The position numbers and the translations under genes were made by a program. A DNA stretch of 63,741 nucleotides, filler included, from Octopus bimaculoides (lineage: Eukaryota): assembly GCF_001194135.2 (NCBI RefSeq). It is 4 parts of 4 records of this genome, joined end to end, with 100 filler letters (N's around TTAATTAATTAA, not from the genome) between each part and the next. Parts side by side here need not be neighbours in the genome. Positions count along the whole stretch, not along the records: positions 15,240 to 37,714 come from NC_068988.1; 3 more parts are not named here. One strand, given 5' to 3'. Under the pieces are notes generated by a model. That model had not been told where the DNA came from. It made no database searches and worked only from the letters and a program-made list of their open reading frames with translations. Shown here piece by piece: positions 23,331-36,157 of this stretch; the first letter of the stretch is position 1; every line of letters starts with the position of its first letter.

Positions 23331-24933
23331 TATGTTTTTATTTTAAATCCAATGTCACACAGACCTTGAAGTATAGAAAATAAGTTGGAATATTATGTAT
23401 TTAAATTACAAATTTTAGNNNNNNNNNNNNNNNNNNNNNNNNNNNNNNNNNNNNNNNNNNNNNNNNNNNNNNNNNNNNNNNNNNNNNNNNNNNNNNNNNN
23501 NNNNNNNNNNNNNNNNNNNNNNNNNNNNNNNNNNNNNNNNNNNNNNNNNNNNNNNNNNNNNNNNNNNNNNNNNNNNNNNNNNNNNNNNNNNNNNNNNNNN
23601 NNNNNNNNNNNNNNNNNNNNNNNNNNNNNNNNNNNNNNNNNNNNNNNNNNNNNNNNNNNNNNNNNNNNNNNNNNNNNNNNNNNNNNNNNNNNNNNNNNNN
23701 NNNNNNNNNNNNNNNNNNNNNNNNNNNNNNNNNNNNNNNNNNNNNNNNNNNNNNNNNNNNNNNNNNNNNNNNNNNNNNNNNNNNNNNNNNNNNNNNNNNN
23801 NNNNNNNNNNNNNNNNNNNNNNNNNNNNNNNNNNNNNNNNNNNNNNNNNNNNNNNNNNNNNNNNNNNNNNNNNNNNTTCTTCCCCCAAATTTCAGATCTT
23901 GCACCAATTTTAGAAAGGATTATTTTGTACTTGGTCTGCAAGATTATTGTAAATTTGTGTGTCGAAGCAGATTTTGTTTAAGATGGGAGGGTCGTTAGGC
24001 CAAAATAACACACTCCTTGGTTGTATTTCACTTGTTTTATATCATTATTCAGTTCGTCATATTTTCACAAATTAGCTAATAGTCCTTTCTGCAATGGGGA
24101 AAAAGGCATGACATTTTAGGAGAAAGGGCTAGTTGATTGCACCAAGCCCCTTAATTCACACAAATGGATTAAGGTAAAATCGACTTTGGGTGAATTTGAA
24201 CTCAGAACACGAAGACAGATGATATATTTGCTCGTTCCATGATATATTCGCTCGTTCAATCGGTGTAAAATCAGAATATTCCACAGACAGTTGTACACAT
24301 AACATAATCCTGAGACAGAATTAGAGTGGAATATTGTGTGACAAAGTTGGACGTGAATAACAGGGGCAGGCTAACCAACGAGTTTTCACGCGGCTTTCGT
24401 CAAACTTGTTTCATTTACAACCATAAGACCGGCCCAATGTTATGCTAAAAGACGTTTGCCCGCATGGCCGGACAGTGAGATCGAACCACATTTCGCAATA
24501 TCGAAACAAAACTCTCAACTATTTTGCAATGCTGCATTCAGTAAGACGCGTTAGGTAAGACATCGGCGTCTTCAGATACGGATATGAACAGACACACATA
24601 TAAACTTATACAGACACATGTACATATATAGTAATATACTCATGCCCAATCACGGACATTAAACACACGTGTGTGTATGTGTGTGTGTGTGCGCGCGCGC
24701 ACGTGTATGTGTGCATGTAAATATGGATTTATATATATGTATTAATATATATGCATGCACACCATACACATACGCACACATCTATATACACACCTACGTA
24801 CATGTGTTTGAGCATGTGTGCCTATATATATGTGTGTNNNNNNNNNNNNNNNNNNNNNNNNNNNNNNNNNNNNNNNNNNNNNNNNNNNNNNNNNNNNNNN
24901 NNNTATATATATATATATTGGATTTTGTCCCTC

Positions 24934-24982
<49 letters not shown>

Positions 24983-25732
24983 GTATGTATATATATATGT
25001 ATATATATATAAATTCACACGCACGTGTGTCTGTATTTATGTCTCTTTGTGTGTGTCTGCATGTGTCTACCCATGTAAGTTCCAGCGTGTGAGAGGGTGT
25101 ATGTGTGTATGTGTGTGTGTTTGTGCGTATGCATGTATGTAAGTCTGTGTGTGTGTGTCTGTGTGCGCGTCGGTATGTGTGTGTGTGCGTGCGTGTGAGC
25201 ATTGAAATAGATTCACAGAAGGAGGCAATGATGCGAAATCCTCGGAAGACAGTCGAAATAATATGACGAATTATTCAGGAAATCTCTCTTCACCGAGGTG
25301 ACATTTTCTAATGATTATCATGTTATTCCTCCGGCTGATAATGGCTGAAGCTTTTGGCTCTGTTTCTTTATCATCACTACAAACCTTATCGATATCATCA
25401 TCGTCATCGATGACGTCTCCGTTATCGTCGTTGTCTCCTTCTCCATCATCTTTTTTTTTTTCCTTTCGTTGCTGTCGCTATCGTAGTCGTCGCCACAAAC
25501 CACTTTAGTATCAACATCAGAATGGATTCGTCTCCGCCATTATCTTCATTATCGGATTCATTCTCGTCTTTACCGCCAGCATTCTATTTTTCTATCATTT
25601 TTATCTTCATCAATTTCCAATATCATTTTAATCTACACGGCAACAATAAAAAACGTAAATAGCAAGAAAAGGGCTTGTGGTGGTGGTGGTGGTGGTGATG
25701 ACGATGACGACGACGATGGCGATGATGGTTAC

Positions 25733-25789
<57 letters not shown>

Positions 25790-26010
25790 CCTCTCTACTA
25801 TAGGCGCAAGGCCTAAAATTTTGCGGCGAGGGGGCTAGTCGATTACATCGATTCCTAGTACTCAACTGGTACTTACTTTATTGACCTCGAAAGGACGAAA
25901 GGGAAAGTATACCTCGGCGGAATTTGAGCACAAATCCTCTTAAAGACGAACAAAATACCGCTAAGCATTTTACCCAGCGTGCTGACGATTCCGTCAGTGC
26001 CGCCTTAACA
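25790..26010 (-). mobile_element. SINE family B, full length
   Basis: Reverse-complement GGCGGCACTGACGGAATCGTCAGCACGCTGGG head through the GGCCTTGCGCCTATAGTAGAGAGG tail, bounded by (TAA)n and (TAG)n. Confidence 0.8.
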
Positions 26011-26016
26011 ATAGTA

Positions 26017-26101
<85 letters not shown>
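26017..26101. repeat. (TAG)n microsatellite
   Basis: Perfect run. Confidence 0.95.
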
Positions 26102-26102
<1 letters not shown>

Positions 26103-27435
26103 AGGGTTGATACCCCCTCTTTTCTTCTCTAGGCACAAGTCCCGAAATTTTTTTTTTTTTGCGTTGGGGTAGTCCATTAGATCTACCCCTGTACGAAACT
26201 GATGCTTAATTTATCGACCCCGAAAGGATGAAAGGCAAAGTCAATCTCGGAAACAAATAAAAGCTATACGAATACACGAAATCAAATCATTGATATTGAT
26301 GAGTTCTAATGTAGCTTCAGAAATATTTGGGAGAAATAACGAATAAAAATGGACCAGAAGTGAATTGGAAGAAAAGACGGATGCTTATGGAGACTAGTGG
26401 CCCTAGGAATCGCTGTAATTGGTGCAGATTAATGAAATTACATAAGAAAGGTAGATATGAAGAAAATGCCAGGTGAATTGGTACAGCGATGAACTAAAGC
26501 AGTAATGAGTAGAGTACAAAATAAGAAATTACCAATGTAAACATATTTGCCATTTGATTTTAAAATCAAACGTGGAATATCTATTTGATGGATTTTGACG
26601 AAAATGTGAGAATTAACATGAGGCTGATTACTGAAGGGAACAGGTTATCTTAGGGAAAATTTAGTGGATGAGGATAATAAAGACAATAAGAAAAGGATAG
26701 CGGATAAAGGAAGGAGATGATTACAGTTAAAATGTTCAGGGAAGAAAGGAAATCCGGTACCATTACGCACGCAAATATCCAAAGGTGGAAATCTGCTGGG
26801 CTAGATCTTGTCCATGTTTACTTGTTAAAATAGTGGCAGTCTCTATGAAACAATTCTGATAGAATTAATTGTATCAGAGTGGATCGGTAGTTAAGAATCA
26901 AAAGCAAACTAGACTCAGATTGAAAAGTTAAGTGGACTTCAGCGAGATTTGAACTTAGAGTGACAAGAACCAGAGCAAACACGACAACGCATTCGATACA
27001 AAGACTCTGAACAATACCAGTTTGATATACGCACACGCAGGCACACACACACAGATATAGTTTCGAAACCGAAACAAACATATTCACACCTACATGCATA
27101 CACACGTTTACATTTATATTATCTGTCACGGGGCCCATTTCAATCATACAGGAATATGTTATAAGTATCGTCATTAATTATTATTTATGTTTTTGTTGTG
27201 GTATGTTTCTTATCAATACTTTTCTGCCGAACAGCGTAATGAAAGTCTCATAAATATTTGCGTCATGTTCGAGAGAGAAAAAAAAATGGCTACATTTGAT
27301 TTTATATCGAATATGTCATCTATCTATGATATATGTAAAATACTTACAGTGATATTCGCTCTGTTGATATATATGCGCGCGCGTGTGTATTTATGCATGT
27401 ATGTATATGTGTGTATATATGTGTGTGCATGTATA

Positions 27436-27475
<40 letters not shown>

Positions 27476-28360
27476 NNNNNNNNNNTATATATATGTATGT
27501 ATATATGTATGTACGTATGTATATCAGTGATGTATGGACAAGAGGAAAATGACTGTAAGGACAGGCTGATTGCATATCAGCGCGACAATATGGTCGTATA
27601 GACACATGATTTCTTTGTATAAAGTTGAAATGAAAAATATTGCCATGATAGAGCATTTGGGTTAAGTTGTAATCCAATCAATATACGATAAACCTAAATA
27701 AATGGACGATTTAGCATCTTACATTGTATTCATAATCACCTTCTATATCAATGCTATAAATTGCAACTGAATTCTCACACACCGCTACACCAAATTTCGT
27801 TTTACCGCCGCCATTATCGCTACCAATTAGTTTACAACAGACTGTTTTTACGAGCGCCATTTTATCAAATGTTCCATAGAAATTACCCTTCCACTGTTTC
27901 TCTCAACATAAACCATATATTCTCGTCTATTAGAATTTTAAACTGTAACAACTAACTTGGTGAAGAAGACGATATGTTCTCTCGACGTAAGATTATTAGT
28001 AACTATGTCTCCCTTCTATCGCATTAGATTCATGCGTCTTCTTGAAATGTCAATCAACTCTTTCTCGGATCATGCTGTATTGCTGAGAAGAATATTATGT
28101 AATGTACTTATAAATACAATATAACTTAAACAAAGCCGATTGAAATGTATTCCGGATCTGAGTTAATTTAGGGTTAAAATCCAACAATAACTATACCATC
28201 AACAACAATATATCCACGGTAAAAGTTTAAGCTGCCTTCGTAGCTAGAAACAAAAGTAGCCCTGGAAAATATTGTATATTTTAGTTTTCCTGCAGCGCAC
28301 CAATGCCTGCCGATCTTTCGAACGTTCGACACAGATCAGAACCAGGCAAAATTTTAATTT

Positions 28361-28559
28361 CCGTATTTTCCGGTACACAAGTCGATGTAGTATATATTAC
28401 CACGTGTAGTGTAAGCGTTCAAACGTGATTCCTATCTTTTTCAAAGACTATTTAACATGAAATTTTGATCCTCCAAAGTTATCTTCGTGTTCACCTAACG
28501 TTCTTGGCTGCATATTTTGGTCTGGAAAAAAAATCGACTTGCGTCCCGGACAATACCGG
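28361..28559. mobile_element. Putative pogo-like MITE
   Basis: Imperfect terminal inverted repeats CCGTATTTTCCGGTACACAAGTCGA (28361-28385) and the reverse complement CCGGTATTGTCCGGGACGCAAGTCGA (28534-28559). Confidence 0.5.
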
Positions 28560-28561
28560 AG

Positions 28562-28860
28562 TTAAGTTCTACTATTCGGAGAACACCAGGCTCCAAGAGT
28601 CTTCGAGTCACCTCTGTCAACTGCCACTTTCCGAGCCACTTCACAGTTCTTGCTATCACTCACGAGATCTTCCATCTCTACTGCCAACCATTTCTTCTTC
28701 AGATGCCTTTTCTTCCCGGGGCTCCTCAGTGACCACTGGAGGCACTGGTGTGGAGGTATCCAGCAGTTGTTCATTTGCATGTTCGACAGTAGCAGTTTGA
28801 CAGAGGTGGCCGGTACATTGGTAGCGGTGAACTATTTTATACGACGCGATGCTTACCATC
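28562..28860 (-). mobile_element. Decayed 3' end of RTE/RTE-X-like LINE ORF
   Basis: RYQCTGHL..EHAN resembles RWxWIGHxLR. PGKKRHLKKKWLAVEMEDL...ARKVAVDRGDSKTLGAWCS resembles GKRxRGRPKxTW...AQDRxxWRxLVxALC. Confidence 0.5.
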
Positions 28861-29787
28861 GCTAACCTTCCACTTCTTTTTTCAACACGGGTTTTGAAAC
28901 GGTGTTGATAGCACTTCGAGAACAGTCACTGCAGCACATTAATATTCACGCCCCAAGTATAGATCACATTTCCAACCAAAAGCAAAATCATCTCTAAAAA
29001 TGTTTACATATCTATTTATCACCACACCACATCAATATATCAATACCTGTTGATATATTGACCTATCGAGAGAGTTCGACACCAAAAACAAAAATATCAA
29101 CAACGAAAATACTAACAATATAACTGTCCCGACAAAAGTACAAATCATTTTTACAACCAGAAACAGCGAGAAATCTTGTATTTATGTTCCATCAAACTAC
29201 ATCAATACCTGCTGATATTTTAACCTTTTCATAGATATTGCGGTCTGGCATGGGAATGGATATTAATGCGTAATCCTAAATCCTAAATCTATAACATCTT
29301 TCCCAAAACATCTAAATCATCTCTAAATATTAATCAGTAAATAAATGCAATATTTCGAATAGAAATGATACAGTCAGATCACATACTGCTAAATTCATAG
29401 CTCGAAATTTTTTTTCTCGCGTATCTTTCGCTTTTCTTACTTCTTTCTTCTTTTTCTTTCTGTGGCCAAAGAAAGGGCGAAAGCGTCAAATAATTCACAT
29501 TCTTCAAGCATTCAGATGATATTACAGATAGTTAGTTAAAGAGTAATATCTCTGTAAAAGTACAAATTTGGTAGACGGTTGTTTGGCATCAGGTTGTCTC
29601 CTCAATTGTTATTGAGTATGATCTCTTCGCCAGAACTGACCAGTTCTGGCGTCAATTCTTCAAATATAGCGGGGCAATGTTGACTTATAGCTGTGCACTA
29701 CACATGCACACATTAATCGTACGCACATCCAAAGTTAAACAGTTCAGTACAAGCCCAGAAACACATACATTCGCATCTATCTCTCTC

Positions 29788-29854
<67 letters not shown>

Positions 29855-29871
29855 CTCTATCTATCTATGTA

Positions 29872-29919
<48 letters not shown>

Positions 29920-30580
29920 NNNNNNNNNNNNNNNNNNNNNNNNNNNNNNNNNNNNNNNNNNNNNNNNNNNNNNNNNNNNNNNNNNNNNNNNNNNNNNNNN
30001 NNNNNNNNNNNNNNNNNNNNNNNNNNNNNNNNNNNNNNNNNNNNNNNNNNNNNNNNNNNNNNNNNNNNNNNNNNNNNNNNNNNNNNNNNNNNNNNNNNNN
30101 NNNNNNNNNNNNNNNNNNNNNNNNNNNNNNNNNNNNNNNNNNNNNNNNNNNNNNNNNNNNNNNNNNNNNNNNNNNNNNNNNNNNNNNNNNNNNNNNNNNN
30201 NNNNNNNNNNNNNNNNNNNNNNNNNNNNNNNNNNNNNNNNNNNNNNNNNNNNNNNNNNNNNNNNNNNNNNNNNNNNNNNNNNNNNNNNNNNNNNNNNNNN
30301 NNNNNNNNNNNNNNNNNNNNNNNNNNNNNNNNNNNNNNNNNNNNNNNNNNNNNNNNNNNNNNNNNNNNNNNNNNNNNNNNNNNNNNNNNNNNNNNNNNNN
30401 NNNNNNNNNNNNNNNNNNNNNNNNNNNNNNNNNNNNNNCGTACGACTTCCATTCTACGTTCGTGTGGATTTGCTGCGTCTTATGGATCGTTATATGTGGA
30501 CGTCTGAATGATGGTTTAATTGCAAGATATTTCGCACACCATAAATATATACACAAAGAAACATAGCTGCAAGCTCAGAA

Positions 30581-30631
<51 letters not shown>

Positions 30632-31091
30632 CGAATAACAATACAGTACACACACAGAAACACACAAATTCCCTTACCATATTAACCGGACAGCCTAGCC
30701 ATTTAATATCTTCTTTGCTTTAACCATTCTCTCTCACACTCTCACTCTCACCCACTCCACCCCTCTCTCTCTCTCTCTCTCTCTTGTTTTATTAGTGAAA
30801 CAATAATAATCAATGGTCTAACTTGTATTACACCCACCGACTCCACGCTTCTATCATGCTGGCATTCTTCATATTAATCTACGAACTTTCCGTTGGCGGC
30901 GCCATGATGGCTTTTTTAGAAATCCTCATAAGCAATATCAGAGAGAATAGAATGTATAATGGAGGCTTATACATACATACATGTATACATGTGTATATGT
31001 GTATATATATATATACATAGATATATATATATATATGTGTGTATATATAAATATGTGTGTAAGTGTGTGTGTGTGTGTGTGCTTGTGCGTT

Positions 31092-31136
<45 letters not shown>

Positions 31137-32119
31137 NNNNNNNNNNNNNNNNNNNNNNNNNNNNNNNNNNNNNNNNNNNNNNNNNNNNNNNNNNNNNNNN
31201 NNNNNNNNNNNNNNNNNNNNNNNNNNNNNNNNNNNNNNNNNNNNNNNNNNNNNNNNNNNNNNNNNNNNNNNNNNNNNNNNNNNNNNNNNNNNNNNNNNNN
31301 NNNNNNNNNNNNNNNNNNNNNNNNNNNNNNNNNNNNNNNNNNNNNNNNNNNNNNNNNNNNNNNNNNNNNNNNNNNNNNNNNNNNNNNNNNNNNNNNNNNN
31401 NNNNNNNNNNNNNNNNNNNNNNNNNNNNNNNNNNNNNNNNNNNNNNNNNNNNNNNNNNNNNNNNNNNNNNNNNNNNNNNNNNNNNNNNNNNNNNNNNNNN
31501 NNNNNNNNNNNNNNNNNNNNNNNNNNNNNNNNNNNNNNNNNNNNNNNNNNNNNNNNNNNNNNNNNNNNNNNNNNNNNNNNNNNNNNNNNNNNNNNNNNNN
31601 NNNNNNNNNNNNNNNNNNNNNNNNNNNNNNNNNNNNNNNNNNNNNNNNNNNNNNNNNNNNNNNNNNNNNNNNNNNNNNNNNNNNNNNNNNNNNNNNNNNN
31701 NNNNNNNNNNNNNNNNNNNNNNNNNNNNNNNNNNNNNNNNNNNNNNNNNNNNNNNNNNNNNNNNNNNNNNNNNNNNNNNNNNNNNNNNNNNNNNNNNNNN
31801 NNNNNNNNNNNNNNNNNNNNNNNNNNNNNNNNNNNNNNNNNNNNNNNNNNNNNNNNNNNNNNNNNNNNNNNNNNNNNNNNNNNNNNNNNNNNNNNNNNNN
31901 NNNNNNNNNNNNNNNNNNNNNNNNNNNNNNNNNNNNNNNNNNNNNNNNNNNNNNNNNNNNNNNNNNNNNNNNNNNNNNNNNNNNNNNNNNNNNNNNNNNN
32001 NNNNNNNNNNNNNNNNNNNNNNNNNNNNNNNNNNNNNNNNNNNNNNNNNNNNNNNNNNNNNNNNNNNNNNNNNNNNNNNNNNNNNNNNNNNNNNNNNNNN
32101 NNNNNNATATATATATATA

Positions 32120-32390
32120 TCCACATGGTTCAGGGATCAATCCCACTGCTGGCATCTTGGGCAAGTGTCTTCTACTATAACCTCGGGCCGACCGAAAACT
32201 TGTGAGCGAATTTGGTAGACGGAAACTGAAATAAATCCGTCGTGCTGGTGTTTCCGTCCTCGTAACTTAGCGGTTCGGCAAAAGAAATCTGATAGACTAA
32301 GTACTAGGCTTATAAAGAATAAGTCCTTTGGTCGATCTGTTCGACTAAAGGCATTGCTCCAGCATGGCCCCACTCAAATGACTGAAACAA
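32120..32390 (+). mobile_element. SINE family A
   Basis: CCACATGGTTCAGGGATCAATCCCACTG...GCTCCAGCATGGCCCCACTCAAATGACTGAAAC. Confidence 0.85.
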
Positions 32391-32424
32391 AGTATATATA
32401 TATATTATATATATATATGTAGTG

Positions 32425-32750
32425 AAGGAGCGTGGCTTTGTGGTCAGAGTATTTGGCTTACGATAGTAAGCTCGTGAATTCGATTTCCACTGATGCCTTG
32501 TGTCCTTCAGCAAGACACTCTATTTGACGTTGCTACAATCTACTCACCTGGCAAACATGTGTAGTACCTGTATTTCAAAGGGCCACCCTTGTCACACTGT
32601 GTGACACCCTGAATCTCCCTGAGAAGTACTACGTTAAGAGCACACGTGTTTGTGGAGTGCTCAGCCACTTACACGTTAATTTCACGAGCAGGTTGTTCCG
32701 TTGGTCGTATCAGCTGGAACTCACGTCGTCGTAACCGACGATGTGTTCTC
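32425..32750 (+). mobile_element. SINE family C, long form
   Basis: GGAGCGTGGCTTTGTGGTCAGAG...TTACGAT head and ...CGTCGTAACCGACG tail. Confidence 0.8.
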
Positions 32751-32760
32751 CCTCTGTGCG

Positions 32761-32806
<46 letters not shown>

Positions 32807-33458
32807 TATATATGTATGTATGTATGCATGTATACACATACATAATTTACACTACATCACTACATTAAAAATCATAACACCTTTCTTAATGCTTATATTT
32901 GTATAAATATTTAAATATTGCTGATCTAATTATGCTGTCGCTGTTTTCGTCTCCATGTGCCATTTACCACTTTGCACTGGCAATGACATTAGTGAATTGG
33001 GAGCATCGTTCGTGTTTTGAGAACACTTAATCCGATTAAATGAGCCAACGATGGAAACATGTCAGCCTGTAGGACATTCAACTGGATCCTTTTACTTGTT
33101 GATTTGTGAATCCTTAAACGAAATTTCGTTCAGGTGTCAAAATATTATTGAATTACTTGAGGTGGGAATGACAGAATAGTTTCCGATGGGGAAGTACGTC
33201 TGTGAATATGGTAACATCTGTGTAATCGATTCTAATACAAGAACTGTATTTGTTTTCTAAAAGCAGATAACGGTTAGAGACAAGTAGATAGAGGCATAGT
33301 TGCGTAGTTAGGTATTTTGAATGTCAAATCTATGCCTGTTCGGGTTTCGATCCTATGTGTGGTAACTTGAGAGTATCTTCTACAGTAGACATGGGTTAAA
33401 TGAGTGTAATATAACTGACGGAAGGCGGCAAGATGGTAGATTCGAAACCGCGCCAGGC

Positions 33459-33690
33459 AAATTCGTTACTACCTCAGGCAAAATCGTTACTGCGCCGTGT
33501 AAAATCGTTACCGTGCCGTGTAAAATCGTTACCGTGCCGGGTAAAATCGTTACTGCGCTGTGTAAAATCGTTAGCATCCCAGGCAAAATCATTACTGCTC
33601 CGGACAAAATCGTTACCACGCCGTGTAACATCGTTACCACTTCAGGCAAAAATCATTACTGCGCTGTGTAACATCGTTACCACCCCAGGT
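33459..33690. repeat. 21-bp minisatellite, 11 units, embedded in a SINE
   Basis: Units AA(A/C)ATC(G/A)TTAC + variable 10-11 nt ending GGC/TGT. 11x21+1 = 232 bp. Confidence 0.95.
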
Positions 33691-33808
33691 AGTGACTGAA
33701 ACAAGTAAAAGACTAAAACAGTAAACCAGTAATATCATCAAATAACAACAACTTCAACCAGTGGTCAGCATACTTTAAAATGTCCGAGGACCGTGAATTC
33801 TATTTCAG

Positions 33809-33935
33809 TATAAAGAATATGAGAGATTAGTGTGTGGATCCCTTTTATGTTAAAAATGGACGGTAAAAATAGTGGCAAGACGGTTTGACGTCTATTTTTA
33901 ACATACAAGGGATCCACATAGTGATGTCTCATATT

Positions 33936-33942
<7 letters not shown>
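33809..33942. repeat. Long inverted repeat / small MITE
   Basis: Arms 33816-33862 and 33889-33935 (47 bp, 6 differences) with a 26-nt loop. Extends into TATAAA ends next to (TA)n. Confidence 0.85.
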
Positions 33943-33981
<39 letters not shown>

Positions 33982-35679
33982 NNNNNNNNNNNNNNNNNNN
34001 NNNNNNNNNNNNNNNNNNNNNNNNNNNNNNNNNNNNNNNNNNNNNNNNNNNNNNNNNNNNNNNNNNNNNNNNNNNNNNNNNNNNNNNNNNNNNNNNNNNN
34101 NNNNNNNNNNNNNNNNNNNNNNNNNNNNNNNNNNNNNNNNNNNNNNNNNNNNNNNNNNNNNNNNNNNNNNNNNNNNNNNNNNNNNNNNNNNNNNNNNNNN
34201 NNNNNNNNNNNNNNNNNNNNNNNNNNNNNNNNNNNNNNNNNNNNNNNNNNNNNNNNNNNNNNNNNNNNNNNNNNNNNNNNNNNNNNNNNNNNNNNNNNNN
34301 NNNNNNNNNNNNNNNNNNNNNNNNNNNNNNNNNNNNNNNNNNNNNNNNNNNNNNNNNNNNNNNNNNNNNNNNNNNNNNNNNNNNNNNNNNNNNNNNNNNN
34401 NNNNNNNNNNNNNNNNNNNNNNNNNNNNNNNNNNNNNNNNNNNNNNNNNNNNNNNNNNNNNNNNNNNNNNNNNNNNNNNNNNNNNNNNNNNNNNNNNNNN
34501 NNNNNNNNNNNNNNNNNNNNNNNNNNNNNNNNNNNNNNNNNNNNNNNNNNNNNNNNNNNNNNNNNNNNNNNNNNNNNNNNNNNNNNNNNNNNNNNNNNNN
34601 NNNNNNNNNNNNNNNNNNNNNNNNNNNNNNNNNNNNNNNNNNNNNNNNNNNNNNNNNNNNNNNNNNNNNNNNNNNNNNNNNNNNNNNNNNNNNNNNNNNN
34701 NNNNNNNNNNNNNNNNNNNNNNNNNNNNNNNNNNNNNNNNNNNNNNNNNNNATATATATATATATATATATATATATATAACCTTCACTTATTACTTATC
34801 ATTTCAGTCATTGGAGGGTGACCATGCTGGGCATCGCCTTAGTTTATTCGGACAAATCGCCTCTAGTGATTATTTGTAACCCTAGTATTTAGTCTATATT
34901 CCCGTTTGTGCTGAACCTCTAAATTTGGTGGGCCGGATCTATCACAGAGAACACTCGCTCCAGGTGCCACATAGTGGAACTGAACCAGAGACCATGTGGT
35001 TGGAAAGCAAGCTTCCTAACGACTTTGCCATGTCTCCAGAATTCTATTCTTCCCATAGTTTATTGCGCATTTATCTTCCTTTCACCTGCGATTATTACTT
35101 GACAATATTTATCATTGATTGACCTACACAGAATCTCCATTACAAACATTAGCAATATGAATGAATTCACTCTAACATAGAAATGGTTTGTTATGTAAAC
35201 AGATGTGCCAAGTTCATACTTTGTTCATAATTAAGATCACAATTACATCGCTGCTCCATCCAATTAACTTGAAAATAGTGAACTACAACATGCTTGAGTT
35301 ATTAAGAGATATCGGATGTGCTTAACATTCTCATGTAATGACAGTGACCATCACTTTATGCTCGTTGTAATTTTAATAAGCCACCGAGTGTAAAGCATAG
35401 TAGTAGCTTATTATCAATGTTTTTATTAAGACGGCGAGTTGGCAGAAACGTTAGCAGTCCCGGCGAACGCTTCACGGCATTTCGTCTGTCATAACGTTCT
35501 GAGTTCAAATTCCACTGAGGTCGACTTTGCCTTTTCATCCTTTCAGGGTCTAGAAATTAAGTAAATGCGGTGAATATATTGTCATCTAAATTACGCAAAA
35601 ATGAAAATAACATTGATCTCTCAGTTTAATAGATATATTTACCAATATTCTTCTATGCACAATCACACATATCCGTGTG

Positions 35680-35713
<34 letters not shown>

Positions 35714-36107
35714 AAGAGAGAGAGAGAGAGAGAAATATTTATGTACACACGCACGCATAGAATGGGAGAGACGATAGATAGATAGATATACATCTAAATA
35801 GATAGATAGAGTTATACATATATGCGTGTGCATGAATATATATACACGCTTTCGTTTAGAATAATGAAATATAATGTAATTTTACTCTGTTTTCCGTCTT
35901 CAGTTCTATACACATTAATTTAACACTAGCGCTTCTTCTCATTTTCTTTTACACGATTTCAATTTCAAACCAATAGAGAACTACTAACAGGTGTCAAACC
36001 TTGTACAATTAAGTCTTTGTTCTACGAAGCTTCTTTGTTCTACTAATCATACCTACATTATACAAATATAATTGTACTTTAAATTAATATCTTCTTTTGC
36101 ACTTTAG

Positions 36108-36157
36108 TTTCTACAGTGTATAATTACTTGTGGCCGCCAGAGCTGTTCAACATGAAC
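36108..36157 (+). CDS. Candidate internal exon of an unidentified gene
   Basis: Pyrimidine tract + TAG acceptor (alternative CAG at 36115-36116) and AAC|GTTAGT donor. Open frame STVYNYLWPPELFNMN. Confidence 0.35.

Noticed and set aside
26330-26800. Very old LINE RT-like remnant (W.RLMKL.KKG, FKIKRG)
   Set aside because: Too degenerate to support as a feature without an alignment search.
30879-32218. Long ORFs (200-570 aa) here and at 33885, 49263, 51756, 52780, 56609 and 61751
   Set aside because: They consist of N-gap X runs and dinucleotide-repeat translations (YIYI, CVCV, HTHT).
33459-33690. CRISPR-like look (constant core plus variable segment)
   Set aside because: Period is only 21 bp, the variable parts are related to each other, the unit derives from a SINE, the context is eukaryotic and there are no cas genes.
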